DNA from: Macrostomum lignano
Taxonomy: Eukaryota
NCBI GenBank assembly: GCA_002269645.1
Contig: NIVC01000658.1
Location: 186,001-250,000 of the forward strand
DNA length: 64,000 bases
Direction of reading: 5' to 3'
Shown here: one piece after another, positions 1 to 10,942 of the stretch
Layout: every line of letters starts with the position of its first letter
Numbering within the stretch: position 1 is the stretch's first letter
Notes under the pieces: model-generated
Databases searched by the model: none
Told to the model about the DNA's origin: nothing
Seen by the model: only the letters and a program-made list of their open reading frames with translations
Program-made: the position numbers and the translations under genes

Positions 1-84
1 AACTTTATTTGTTAAACTTCACCTAACCTACTGCAAGTAGAAAAATGCGTTTTTCTACTATTTTTGTACCAAAAAACCTTCCAG

Positions 85-351
85 CCGGACTTCACGCAGC
101 CGACCATGACTCGGGCGGCGATGCTGCGCCAGCGTCTGCTGCCTGTGGACGCCTCTTACCCGTCGGCACTGCAGACGCAGCAGCAGCAGTTGCCATGGAG
201 ACTGGCTCGATTCGAACGGTCAGCCCGGCCGCAGCTGGACACGTTCCGCAGCGAGAGAGCGCGCCAGGCGGCTGTGGCAGCGTGGCGGGCCGAGCAGAGC
301 CACCGTCAGGGCCCCGTGGGGCTGGGAATCTACGCTGCCAGCAGGCGCTAG
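85..351 (+). CDS. CFAP77: Terminal coding exon of cilia- and flagella-associated protein 77 (upstream exons lie outside the window)
   Basis: Acceptor cttccag|85, stop TAG at 349-351. The peptide MTRAAMLRQRLLPV...WRLARFERSARPQLDTFRSERARQAAVAAWRAEQSHRQGPVGLGIY matches, from memory, the CFAP77 C-terminal pattern TRxxxLRxxxxPV...WxxxxF...xLDTFxxExxRQxAxxAxRxExxxRQGxxxxGxY. Confidence 0.7.
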   Translation, partial: PDFTQPTMTRAAMLRQRLLPVDASYPSALQTQQQQLPWRLARFERSARPQLDTFRSERARQAAVAAWRAEQSHRQGPVGLGIYAASRR

Positions 352-574
352 TTGAGGTGAAGGGGATAAAATCCCTTAGCTAATGGTGGAATTTTTCTGA
401 CAGGAGATTGAAGGTAACTGAGGATTTTTTGTTTCAGTTTTTCAAAAAAAATGGTAATGCTGACTGGCTTTTTATATTTGCTTTACTTCTTGTTATTAAG
501 TAATCTCCTGTGCATATTTCTGCTTTTAGGGGCAAATTTGTTTCGAGTTGAAGGAAAATTGTTTTTGTTGGAGG

Positions 575-2258
575 CTCCGGAATTGAACAATTTGTTGGAT
601 GGTTAATGAGTCACTCTGGAATTGAATCATTTGGATGGTTAATGAGTCACTCTGGAATTGAATCATTTGGATGGTTAATGAGTCACTCTGGAATTGAATC
701 ATTTGGATGGTTAATGAGTCACTCTGGAATTGAATCATTTGGATGGTTAATGAGTCACTCTGGAATTGAATCATTTGGATGGTTAATGAGTCACTCTGGA
801 ATTGAATCATTTGGATGGTTAATGAGTCACTCTGGAATTGAATCATTTGGATGGTTAATGAGTCACTCTGGAATTGAACAATTTGTTGGATGGTTAATGA
901 GTCACTCTGGAATTGAATCATTTGGATGGTTAATGAGTCACTCTGGAATTGAACAATTTGTTGGATGGTTAATGAGTCACTCTGGAATTGAACAATTTGT
1001 TGGATGGTTAATGAGTCACTCTGGAATTGAATCATTTGGATGGTTAATGAGTCACTCTGGAATTTAACAATTTGTTGGATGGTTAATGAGTCATTCTGGA
1101 ATTGAATCATTTGACTTTTAATGAGTCACTCTGGAATTGAATCATTTGGATGGTTAATGAGTCACTCTGGAATTGAATCATTTGAATTTTAATGAGTCAC
1201 TCCGGAATTGAATCATTTGACTTTTAATGAGTCACTCTGGAATTGAATCATTTGACTTTTAATGAGTCACTCTGGAATTGAATCATTTGACTTTTAATGA
1301 GTCACTCTGGAATTGAATCATTTGACTTTTAATGAGTCACTCTGGAATTGAATCATTTGACTTTTAATGAGTCACTCTGGAATTGAATCATTTGACTTTT
1401 AATGAGTCACTCTGGAATTGAATCTTTTGACTTTTAATGAGTCACTCCGGAATTGAATCATTTGACTTTTAATGAGTCAATCCGGAATTGAATCATTTGA
1501 CTTTTAATGAGTCACTCCGGAATTGAATCATTTGACTTTTAATGAGTCACTCTGGAATTGAATCTTTTGACTTTTAATGAGTCACTCCGGAATTGAATCA
1601 TTTGAATTTTAATGAGTCACTCCGGAATTGAATCATTTGACTTTTAATGAGTCACTCCGGAATTGAATCATTTGACTTTTAATGAGTCACTCTGGAATTG
1701 AATCTTTTGACTTTTAATGAGTCACTCCGGAATTGAATCTTTTGACTTTTAATGAGTCACTCCGGAATTGAATCTTTTGATTTTTAATGAGTCACTCTGG
1801 AATTGAATCTTTTGACTTTTAATGAGTCACTCTGGAGTTGAATCTTTTGATTTTTAATGAGTCACTCTGGAGTTGAATTATTTGATGGTTAATGAGTCAC
1901 TCCGGAGTTGAATTATTTGATGGTTAGTGAGTCACTCCGGAATTGAGTGAGTGAGGTTAGTGAGTCACTCCGGAGTTGAATCATTTGATGGTTAATGAGT
2001 CACTCCGGAGTTGAATCATTTGATGGTTAGTGAGTCACTCTGGAGTTGAATTATTTGATGGTTAATGAGTCACTCTGGAGTTGAATTATTTGATGGTTAA
2101 TGAGTCACTCCGGAGTTGAATTATTTGATGGTTAGTGAGTCACTCCGGAATTGAGTGAGTGAGGTTAGTGAGTCACTCCGGAGTTGAATCATTTGATGGT
2201 TAATGAGTCACTCCGGAGTTGAATCATTTGATGGTTAGTGAGTCACTCCGGAATTGAA
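575..2258. repeat. Tandem minisatellite, 34-39 bp unit (core GGATGGTTAATGAGTCACTCTGGAATTGAATCATTT), roughly 48 copies in three positional subfamilies
   Basis: 36-bp period read directly (the 12-aa repeat MSHSGIESFGWL in the ORF track). A GACTTTT variant dominates ~1110-1860 and a GGAGTTGAATT/GATGGTT variant ~1860-2255. Confidence 0.97.
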
Positions 2259-2593
2259 TACTCCGTTCGCTCGCGGTCTGTGAGTGACAAATCTTGTGTC
2301 ATGACAGCTGATTTAATGTACGTATCTTTCAGAAGCAATCTGGATCATAACTATATTTTAAGCCCTTCAATCTCTCTTAGAACTGCTGCGAAATGTCGAA
2401 ACACCAAAAACTGCTGAGCTATGATTTAAACTTTTTACTTTTTAGAAATAAACTTGCTTACTCTTTTCTATACGCGTTATGGATATTCACGCTTTTAATC
2501 TTTATAATTTTTGCTTGAGTAGCATTACATTTTATTTTCGGAACTAGCACATAAAATTTGCGGGTGTATTGCTATAGCATGATTTTGTTTGAT

Positions 2594-5500
2594 GACACAA
2601 ATCTCTGAAGTTTCAAGGATTAGAGGACTGGTAGTCCATGACACAAGTCTCTGCAGTTTCAAAGATCAAAGGACTGGTAGTCCATGACACAAATCTCTGA
2701 AGTTTCAAGGATCAGAGGACTGATAGTCCATGACACAGATCTCTGAAGTTTCAAAGATCAGATGACTGGTAGTCCATGACACAGATCTCTGAAGTTTCAA
2801 GGATCAGAGGACTGATAGTCCATGACACAGATCTCTGCAGTTTCAAAGATCAGAGGACTGATAGTCCATGACACAGATCTCTGCAGTTTCAAAGATCAGA
2901 GGACTGGTAGTCCATGACACAGATCTCTGCAGTTTCAAAGATCAGATGACTGGTAGTCCATGACACAGATCTCTGAAGTTTCAAGGATCAGAGGACTGGT
3001 AGTCCATGACACAAGTCTCTGCAGTTTCAAAGATCAAAGGACTGGTAGTCCATGACACAAATCTCTGAAGTTTCAAGGATCAGAGGACTGATAGTCCATG
3101 ACACAGATCTCTGAAGTTTCAAGGATCAGAGGACTGATAGTCCATGACACAGATCTCTGAAGTTTCAAGGATCAGAGGACTGGTAGTCCATGACACAGAT
3201 CTCTGCAGTTTCAAGGATCAGATGACTGGTAGTCCATGACACAGATCTCTGAAGTTTCAAGGATCAGAGGACTGATAGTCCATGACACAGATCTCTGCAG
3301 TTTCAAAGATCAGAGGACTGATAGTCCATGACACAGATCTCTGCAGTTTCAAAGATCAGAGGACTGGTAGTCCATGACACAGATCTCTGCAGTTTCAAAG
3401 ATCAGATGACTGGTAGTCCATGACACAGATCTCTGAAGTTTCAAGGATCAGAGGACTGGTAGTCCATGACACAAGTCTCTGCAGTTTCAAAGATCAGAGG
3501 ACTGATAGTCCATGACACAGATCTCTGAAGTTTCAAGGATCAGAGGACTGGTAGTCCATGACACAGATCTCTGCAGTTTCAAGGATCAGATGACTGGTAG
3601 TCCATGACACAGATCTCTGAAGTTTCAAGGATCAGAGGACTGGTAGTCCATGACACAGATCTCTGAAGTTTCAAGGATCAGAGGACTGATAGTCCATGAC
3701 ACAGATCTCTGCAGTTTCAAAGATCAGAGGACTGATAGTCCATGACACAGATCTCTGAAGTTTCAAGGATCAGAGGACTGGTAGTCCATGACACAGATCT
3801 CTGCAGTTTCAAGGATCAGAGGACTGATAGTCCATGACACAGATCTCTGAAGTTTCAAGGATCAGAGGACTGGTAGTCCATGACACAGATCTCTGCAGTT
3901 TCAAAGATCAGATGACTGGTAGTCCATGACACAGATCTCTGAAGTTTCAAAGATCAGAGGACTGGTAGTCCATGACACAGATCTCTGAAGTTTCAAGGAT
4001 CAGAGGACTGATAGTCCATGACACAGATCTCTGCAGTTTCAAAGATCAGAGGACTGATAGTCCATGACACAGATCTCTGCAGTTTCAAAGATCAGAGGAC
4101 TGGTAGTCCATGACACAGATCTCTGCAGTTTCAAAGATCAGATGACTGGTAGTCCATGACACAGATCTCTGAAGTTTCAAGGATCAGAGGACTGGTAGTC
4201 CATGACACAAGTCTCTGCAGTTTCAAAGATCAAAGGACTGGTAGTCCATGACACAAATCTCTGAAGTTTCAAGGATCAGAGGACTGATAGTCCATGACAC
4301 AGATCTCTGAAGTTTCAAGGATCAGAGGACTGATAGTCCATGACACAGATCTCTGAAGTTTCAAGGATCAGAGGACTGATAGTCCATGACACAGATCTCT
4401 GAAGTTTCAAGGATCAGAGGACTGATAGTCCATGACACAGATCTCTGAAGTTTCAAGGATCAGAGGACTGGTAGTCCATGACACAGATCTCTGCAGTTTC
4501 AAGGATCAGATGACTGGTAGTCCATGACACAGATCTCTGAAGTTTCAAGGATTAGAGGACTAGTAGTCCATGACACAAGTCTCTGCAGTTTCAAAGATCA
4601 AAGGACTGGTAGTCCATGACACAAATCTCTGAAGTTTCAAGGATCAGAGGACTGATAGTCCATGACACAGATCTCTGAAGTTTCAAGGATCAGAGGACTG
4701 ATAGTCCATGACACAGATCTCTGAAGTTTCAAGGATCAGAGGACTGGTAGTCCATGACACAGATCTCTGCAGTTTCAAGGATCAGAGGACTGATAGTCCA
4801 TGACACAGATCTCTGAAGTTTCAAGGATCAGAGGACTGGTAGTCCATGACACAGATCTCTGCAGTTTCAAAGATCAGATGACTGGTAGTCCATGACACAG
4901 ATCTCTGAAGTTTCAAGGATCAGAGGACTGGTAGTCCATGACACAGATCTCTGAAGTTTCAAGGATCAGAGGACTGATAGTCCATGACACAGATCTCTGC
5001 AGTTTCAAAGATCAGAGGACTGGTAGTCCATGACACAGATCTCTGAAGTTTCAAGGACCAGAGGACTGATAGTCCATGACACAGATCTCTGCAGTTTCAA
5101 AGATCAGAGGACTGGTAGTCCATGACACAGATCTCTGAAGTTTCAAAGATCAGAGGACTGATAGTCCATGACACAGATCTCTGCAGTTTCAAAGATCAGA
5201 GGACTGGTAGTCCATGACACAGATCTCTGAAGTTTCAAGGACCAGAGGACTGGTAGTCCATGACACAGATCTCTGAAGTTTCAAGGATCAGAGGACTGAT
5301 AGTCCATGACACAGATCTCTGAAGTTTCAAGGATCAGAGGACTGGTAGTCCATGACACAGATCTCTGCAGTTTCAAGGATCAGATGACTGGTAGTCCATG
5401 ACACAGATCTCTGAAGTTTCAAGGATTAGAGGACTAGTAGTCCATGACACAAGTCTCTGCAGTTTCAAAGATCAAAGGACTGGTAGTCCATGACACAAAT

Positions 5501-6920
5501 CTCTGAAGTTTCAAGGATCAGAGGACTGATAGTCCATGACACAGATCTCTGAAGTTTCAAGGATCAGAGGACTGATAGTCCATGACACAGATCTCTGAAG
5601 TTTCAAGGATCAGAGGACTGGTAGTCCATGACACAGATCTCTGCAGTTTCAAGGATCAGAGGACTGATAGTCCATGACACAGATCTCTGAAGTTTCAAGG
5701 ATCAGAGGACTGGTAGTCCATGACACAGATCTCTGCAGTTTCAAAGATCAGATGACTGGTAGTCCATGACACAGATCTCTGAAGTTTCAAGGATCAGAGG
5801 ACTGGTAGTCCATGACACAGATCTCTGAAGTTTCAAGGATCAGAGGACTGATAGTCCATGACACAGATCTCTGCAGTTTCAAAGATCAGAGGACTGGTAG
5901 TCCATGACACAGATCTCTGAAGTTTCAAGGACCAGAGGACTGATAGTCCATGACACAGATCTCTGCAGTTTCAAAGATCAGAGGACTGGTAGTCCATGAC
6001 ACAGATCTCTGAAGTTTCAAAGATCAGAGGACTGATAGTCCATGACACAGATCTCTGCAGTTTCAAAGATCAGAGGACTGGTAGTCCATGACACAGATCT
6101 CTGAAGTTTCAAGGATCAGAGGACTGATAGTCCATGACACAGATCTCTGCAGTTTCAAAGATCAGAGGACTGGTAGTCCATGACACAGATCTCTGAAGTT
6201 TCAAGGACCAGAGGACTGGTAGTCCATGACACAGATCTCTGAAGTTTCAAGGACCAGAGGACTGGTAGTCCATGACACAGATCTCTGAAGTTTCAAGGAC
6301 CAGAGGACTGGTAGTCCATGACACAGATCTCTGCAGTTTCAAAGATCAGAGGACTGGTAGTCCATGACACAGATCTCTGCAGTTTCAAAGATCAGATGAC
6401 TGGTAGTCCATGACACAGATCTCTGAAGTTTCAAGGATCAGAGGACTGATAGTCCATGACACAGATCTCTGCAGTTTCAAAGATCAGAGGACTGGTAGTC
6501 CATGACACAGATCTCTGAAGTTTCAAGGACCAGAGGACTGATAGTCCATGACACAGATCTCTGCAGTTTCAAAGATCAGAGGACTGGTAGTCCATGACAC
6601 AGATCTCTGAAGTTTCAAGGACCAGAGGACTGGTAGTCCATGACACAGATCTCTGCAGTTTCAAAGATCAGAGGACTGGTAGTCCATGACACAGATCTCT
6701 GAAGTTTCAAGGACCAGAGGACTGGTAGTCCATGACACAGATCTCTGCAGTTTCAAAGATCAGAGGACTGGTAGTCCATGACACAGATCTCTGAAGTTTC
6801 AAGGACCAGAGGACTGGTAGTCCATGACACAGATCTCTGCAGTTTCAAAGATCAGAGGACTGGTAGTCCATGACACAGATCTCTGCAGTTTCAAGGACCA
6901 GAGGACTGGTAGTCCATGAC
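2594..6920. repeat. Tandem satellite, 46-bp unit (CAGAGGACTGGTAGTCCATGACACAGATCTCTGAAGTTTCAAGGAT), about 94 copies
   Basis: Exact 46-bp period. The rare variant ACAAGTCTCT recurs at 2643, 3011, 3471, 4207, 4575 and 5449, all spaced by multiples of 46. Confidence 0.98.
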
Positions 6921-7409
6921 AAATTTGCACTAATACTGATTAAAAATTTATGTTCCGATGCACTTTTATATTTTAAGCACTCAGAACGAATCAATCCTTT
7001 TGTCGTCTTTAAAATCAAAAGTTTTTTAAGCTCCAAAGGTCAGTGCTGGTGGCGTGACTTGGCATAAATTTATTTAGCTGAGCAGCTGGGTATGGACAAT
7101 GGCTGTGAATAACAGAAGCATTTTACATTGGCATACGGCCGCCACTTCAGACTGGTCTGAGCAAGACGGCAGGCATCTTGCAAGGCGATCGATCAAAAAA
7201 TAGGAGGCTTAAGATTATCAGTGCAAAGCAGAAATTCGCCCTCGGCAGACAGCGATCGATGCTCGGCCTCCGGGTGAAAATGAAATAACTCACGGATGAG
7301 GTGGGTGGCGAAGCTGTCTGACTCCCGCTTCTGGTATGGAATAAGACTCATCTGGCAACTCGGATTTGAGGAATTTTAACTCATTTTAATGAGTTTGAGG
7401 TACCGAATG

Positions 7410-7560
7410 GGCTAGATTAGCAATCCATTCTATTCCTGCATCCTTGTGAGCTAGATTAGCAATCCATTCTATTCCTGCATCCTTGTGAGCTCGATTAGCA
7501 ATCCATTCTATTCCTGCATCCCAGAGGTCTAGATTAGCAATCGATTCCATTCCTGCATTC
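7410..7560. repeat. Short tandem repeat, 39-bp unit, about 4 copies
   Basis: GCTAGATTAGCAATCCATTCTATTCCTGCATCCTTGTGA repeated, with degeneration at the right end. Confidence 0.9.
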
Positions 7561-7895
7561 ACAACAAACAGGCAAGCAAACCAATTCGCGGACAGCACTT
7601 CATGTTGCAAGCTGCTTTTTATCAAACGCTAAATATCTGCAACCTTAAGTTCACGACCGACATTATAGAATGACGGCTCCCATCGGTCTAACTGCTGTAG
7701 ACAGTCAAAAAGCTTGCAAGCAACTACAAAGGCAGCTGTCAGTCACATGTGTAATAAACTTTAAATTTTTGTAAAGAATAAAAGCATTATGCAAAACGAA
7801 AACTTTATATCCGGGCTGATGGTTTCAAATCAAACAGATTTTGATAGAAAAGTCGTGCGACAGAGTTTGGACTATTTACTATTGCATTTTTCTTC

Positions 7896-8134
<239 letters not shown>

Positions 8135-9009
8135 AAAACGGCAATTCAAAATTCAAAAGATCACAGCGGGTTTCCCTCCGGCAAAAATGTGACAGGAGAC
8201 AAACATCGATGAACAATCGGATGCCACTCGGAGGCCAGGTGTTATTTTCCCAAGCTGCTCATACTCGTAATTTGCGTTTATATCCTAGGGGGTGGCTATT
8301 TTGTCTCCCTATTCACGGTGTCAATATGCAGCTCAGTGTCATAGGCTGAATACGCGGTACAAATGTCTGAAGTGTCAGTTGAAGAGCAGGCCAGACGCAC
8401 GGAAGAAGAGTGCCGGGCGGAGAGACTGCAATGATTAATTAATCATTGAAACACGGGGGCACACAGAGGCTGGTGCCGTGGCAGCCAGCCGGGATTCCTA
8501 ATTAGCACTCGTGTTTCAATTCCTGCAATCGCTGAGCATTCGGCAGGAAATGAATTGCTGCCCTGTCGGGCGCGCCCCGCGGTTAGCAATGTTCAAGTCA
8601 GTGCAGGAGAAGACGCCCAATTTGAGATCAGACTGAGGCCGGATGTCCCGCCAGAGATCCTGGCAGGGAATCCTGACACCCGAGCAGTTGGTCTCGGGAC
8701 ACGCGCGCGCGCGAGACTTAAGCAGGTCTCGGAGCCTTGAGCAGCGGCGCGTGAGCTGTAAGAAATGTGTGCGCGAAGGAAATTTGACTTTGCCCAGCTG
8801 AGTCGGGACAGGGAGAGGCGGCAAATTGGGGGCTTCGCTTGGCTGGGCCTGGGCGCTGCCAACACCTGGCGAAGAAGAGAGTCCCTGCTTGAGTGAGCCG
8901 GCTCCGACTGCTGAGAATCATGCGGATTTAGAAGGCTCGGAGAGATACATTGTCAGAGGCTAGGCGGACACTTCGAAATGCAATAAAACAGACAGCATGA
9001 AATGTACTC

Positions 9010-9652
9010 AGACAGACAGACAGACAGACAGATAAGACAAACAATAAGAAAACCACAGACAAACACGAAAGTCTCTGGAGACAGGCAGTTGGATAGGCAC
9101 TTGAAGAAGCACTCAGACAGACACTCGGACAGACACTCGGAAAGGCACTCGGAAAGACACTCGGACAGGCACTCGGAAAGACACTCGGACAGGCACTCGG
9201 ACAGACACTCGGACAGGCACTTGGACAGACACTCGGACAGATACTTGGACAGACACTTGGGCAGGGACTTGGACAGGACCTTGGACAGACACTTGGACAG
9301 ACACTCGGACAGGCACTTGGAGAAACACAAGGGAAAAACCTTGGACAGGCACTCGGACAGGCACTCGGACAGACACTCGGAGAGACACTCGGACAGAAAC
9401 TTGGGCAGGGACTTGGACAGGACCTTGGACAGGCACTCGGACACTTGGACAGACACTCGGAAAGACACTCGGACAGATACTTGGGCAGGGACTTGGACAG
9501 GACCTTGGACAGGCACTCGGACACTTGGGCAGACACTCGGAAAGACACTCGGACAGATACTTGGACAGACACTTGGGCAGGGACTTGGACAGGACCTTGG
9601 ACAGGCAGTCGGACAGACACTTGGACAGGCAGTCGGACAGACACTTGGACAC
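9010..9652. repeat. (CAGA)n seed followed by a degenerate 12-bp minisatellite (CACTCGGACAGA / CACTTGGACAGG)
   Basis: Direct read. It explains ORFs 8928..9848, 8953..9738, 9002..9673 and 9113..9655. Confidence 0.92.
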
Positions 9653-10942
9653 CATTTATATTTGAAGCTATGAAGTAGCAGAACGCTACACTCGATCTTC
9701 TTACAAATGAGTTGGAGTTCGTCAAGTGACGTACACAAGCGTATATTCGTCGTGGCGCTGAATGGGGCTTCGTTTTAGACAAATTCGGCAGAGAAGAATC
9801 CGATGATAGCTTGTACACTAGCGATCTGATGAATATACGGGAGCACATTCCTTACCGTACCGGAATCCAGCTCATTTAATTACGACTCGTCTTCAACAGC
9901 AAAAGCTATTGTTGCTTCAGCGAGTCTTCTTTGTTGAAAATATGTTTTCTAACAATTGATTTCGTCCAGTGCTGCTTTCCCCCGTCGCACTCAGACGGTG
10001 CCAATCTTAACCACCCCCCCAACGGAGCCTCACGGCACTCAGGCAGCCACAGCGCACTGCGTTCACTTCAGCGGGCAGTAGTCGGGTCTAACCTAATCAG
10101 TGTGAATAGGGCGGATCGATTTTAATAGCGGAAAGAGGGCCACAAGGTCCTCCTATGACTGGAAGCTGGTCGCTGCACATCTCTTTCCCTCCCCGTACCC
10201 TCTCTGTCTCCCACTTCACTGACGCGTCAACAGGTTCCTTTCCCTCCTGGGCTCCCAATCCCCTGCTTCACCAGTGCTCAAAGCCAGGCTGGCTACACAG
10301 CGGATTCTGTTCGGCCCAATAGTCCCGACCGCCAACTAAAATAATCCCCGATCCCGCGTACAAACCAAAAAGCTAGCGAAGACCAGTTGGGTGGGGAGGG
10401 GTTTGCGTTGCTGCAGCAAGTGGCGCGGGCAGCTGGGTGAGTAGGAGGCTCCAGGAGGGTCTCGAACGAACGGCCTCTCCCCCCCCTCATCCAAAACGGC
10501 CCATTCTGCATGCAGGCTGCCGTGAACTTTAGCCCTTAAACTCCCTCCCCGGCCCACCCACCCGCAAGAAGTTTGAACCTCAAGTCTTCGGGTGGTGAAA
10601 GAGAAGAAATCCTAGAGCTGGGCGAAGTTTGATTGGGTGCAGTCTCCGGCGGGTCATATCCGGAGGTCCTGAGCTATGCGGGTGGATCCTCTACTCCCAC
10701 TCAGTGACGATCCTCCTCCGCTGGTCTTCTCCTGCCGCTGGGCCAATTGGCGTGGCGCTCACAGCCGGCAGAAGGGAAAACACCAGACCTTCTAAATTCG
10801 GGGCCGTCTAAATCGCGAGTGTCATCTTACAGCGCCTTTTTACCCAGCCAAGGGAGATCTGCGAAACTTAGCCAGGTGCGAATACAGTTACTCGTAGCAG
10901 GCAAACCACCCACAGCTCAACAAGAGAGATCCGTCTCAAAAT

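Noticed and set aside
526-1110. ORFs 526..1110 and 606..1067 with perfect peptide repeats
   Set aside because: They are translations of the 36-bp satellite on both strands; there is no unique coding sequence.
2594-6920. CRISPR-like array or hammerhead-ribozyme satellite
   Set aside because: Units are head-to-tail with no unique spacers and no cas genes. The minus strand has CTGAT..GAAAC but lacks the CTGANGA core and stem II.
8880-9000. Peptide ARRDTLSEARRTLRNAIKQ reminiscent of a non-LTR retrotransposon pre-RT region
   Set aside because: Short, bounded by stops, and no endonuclease or RT motifs nearby.
10620-10800. Possible decayed C2H2 zinc fingers (GHIRRS*, FSCRWANW) upstream of the DEG/ENaC gene
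   Set aside because: Key Cys/His residues are missing; similarity is not distinguishable from chance by eye.
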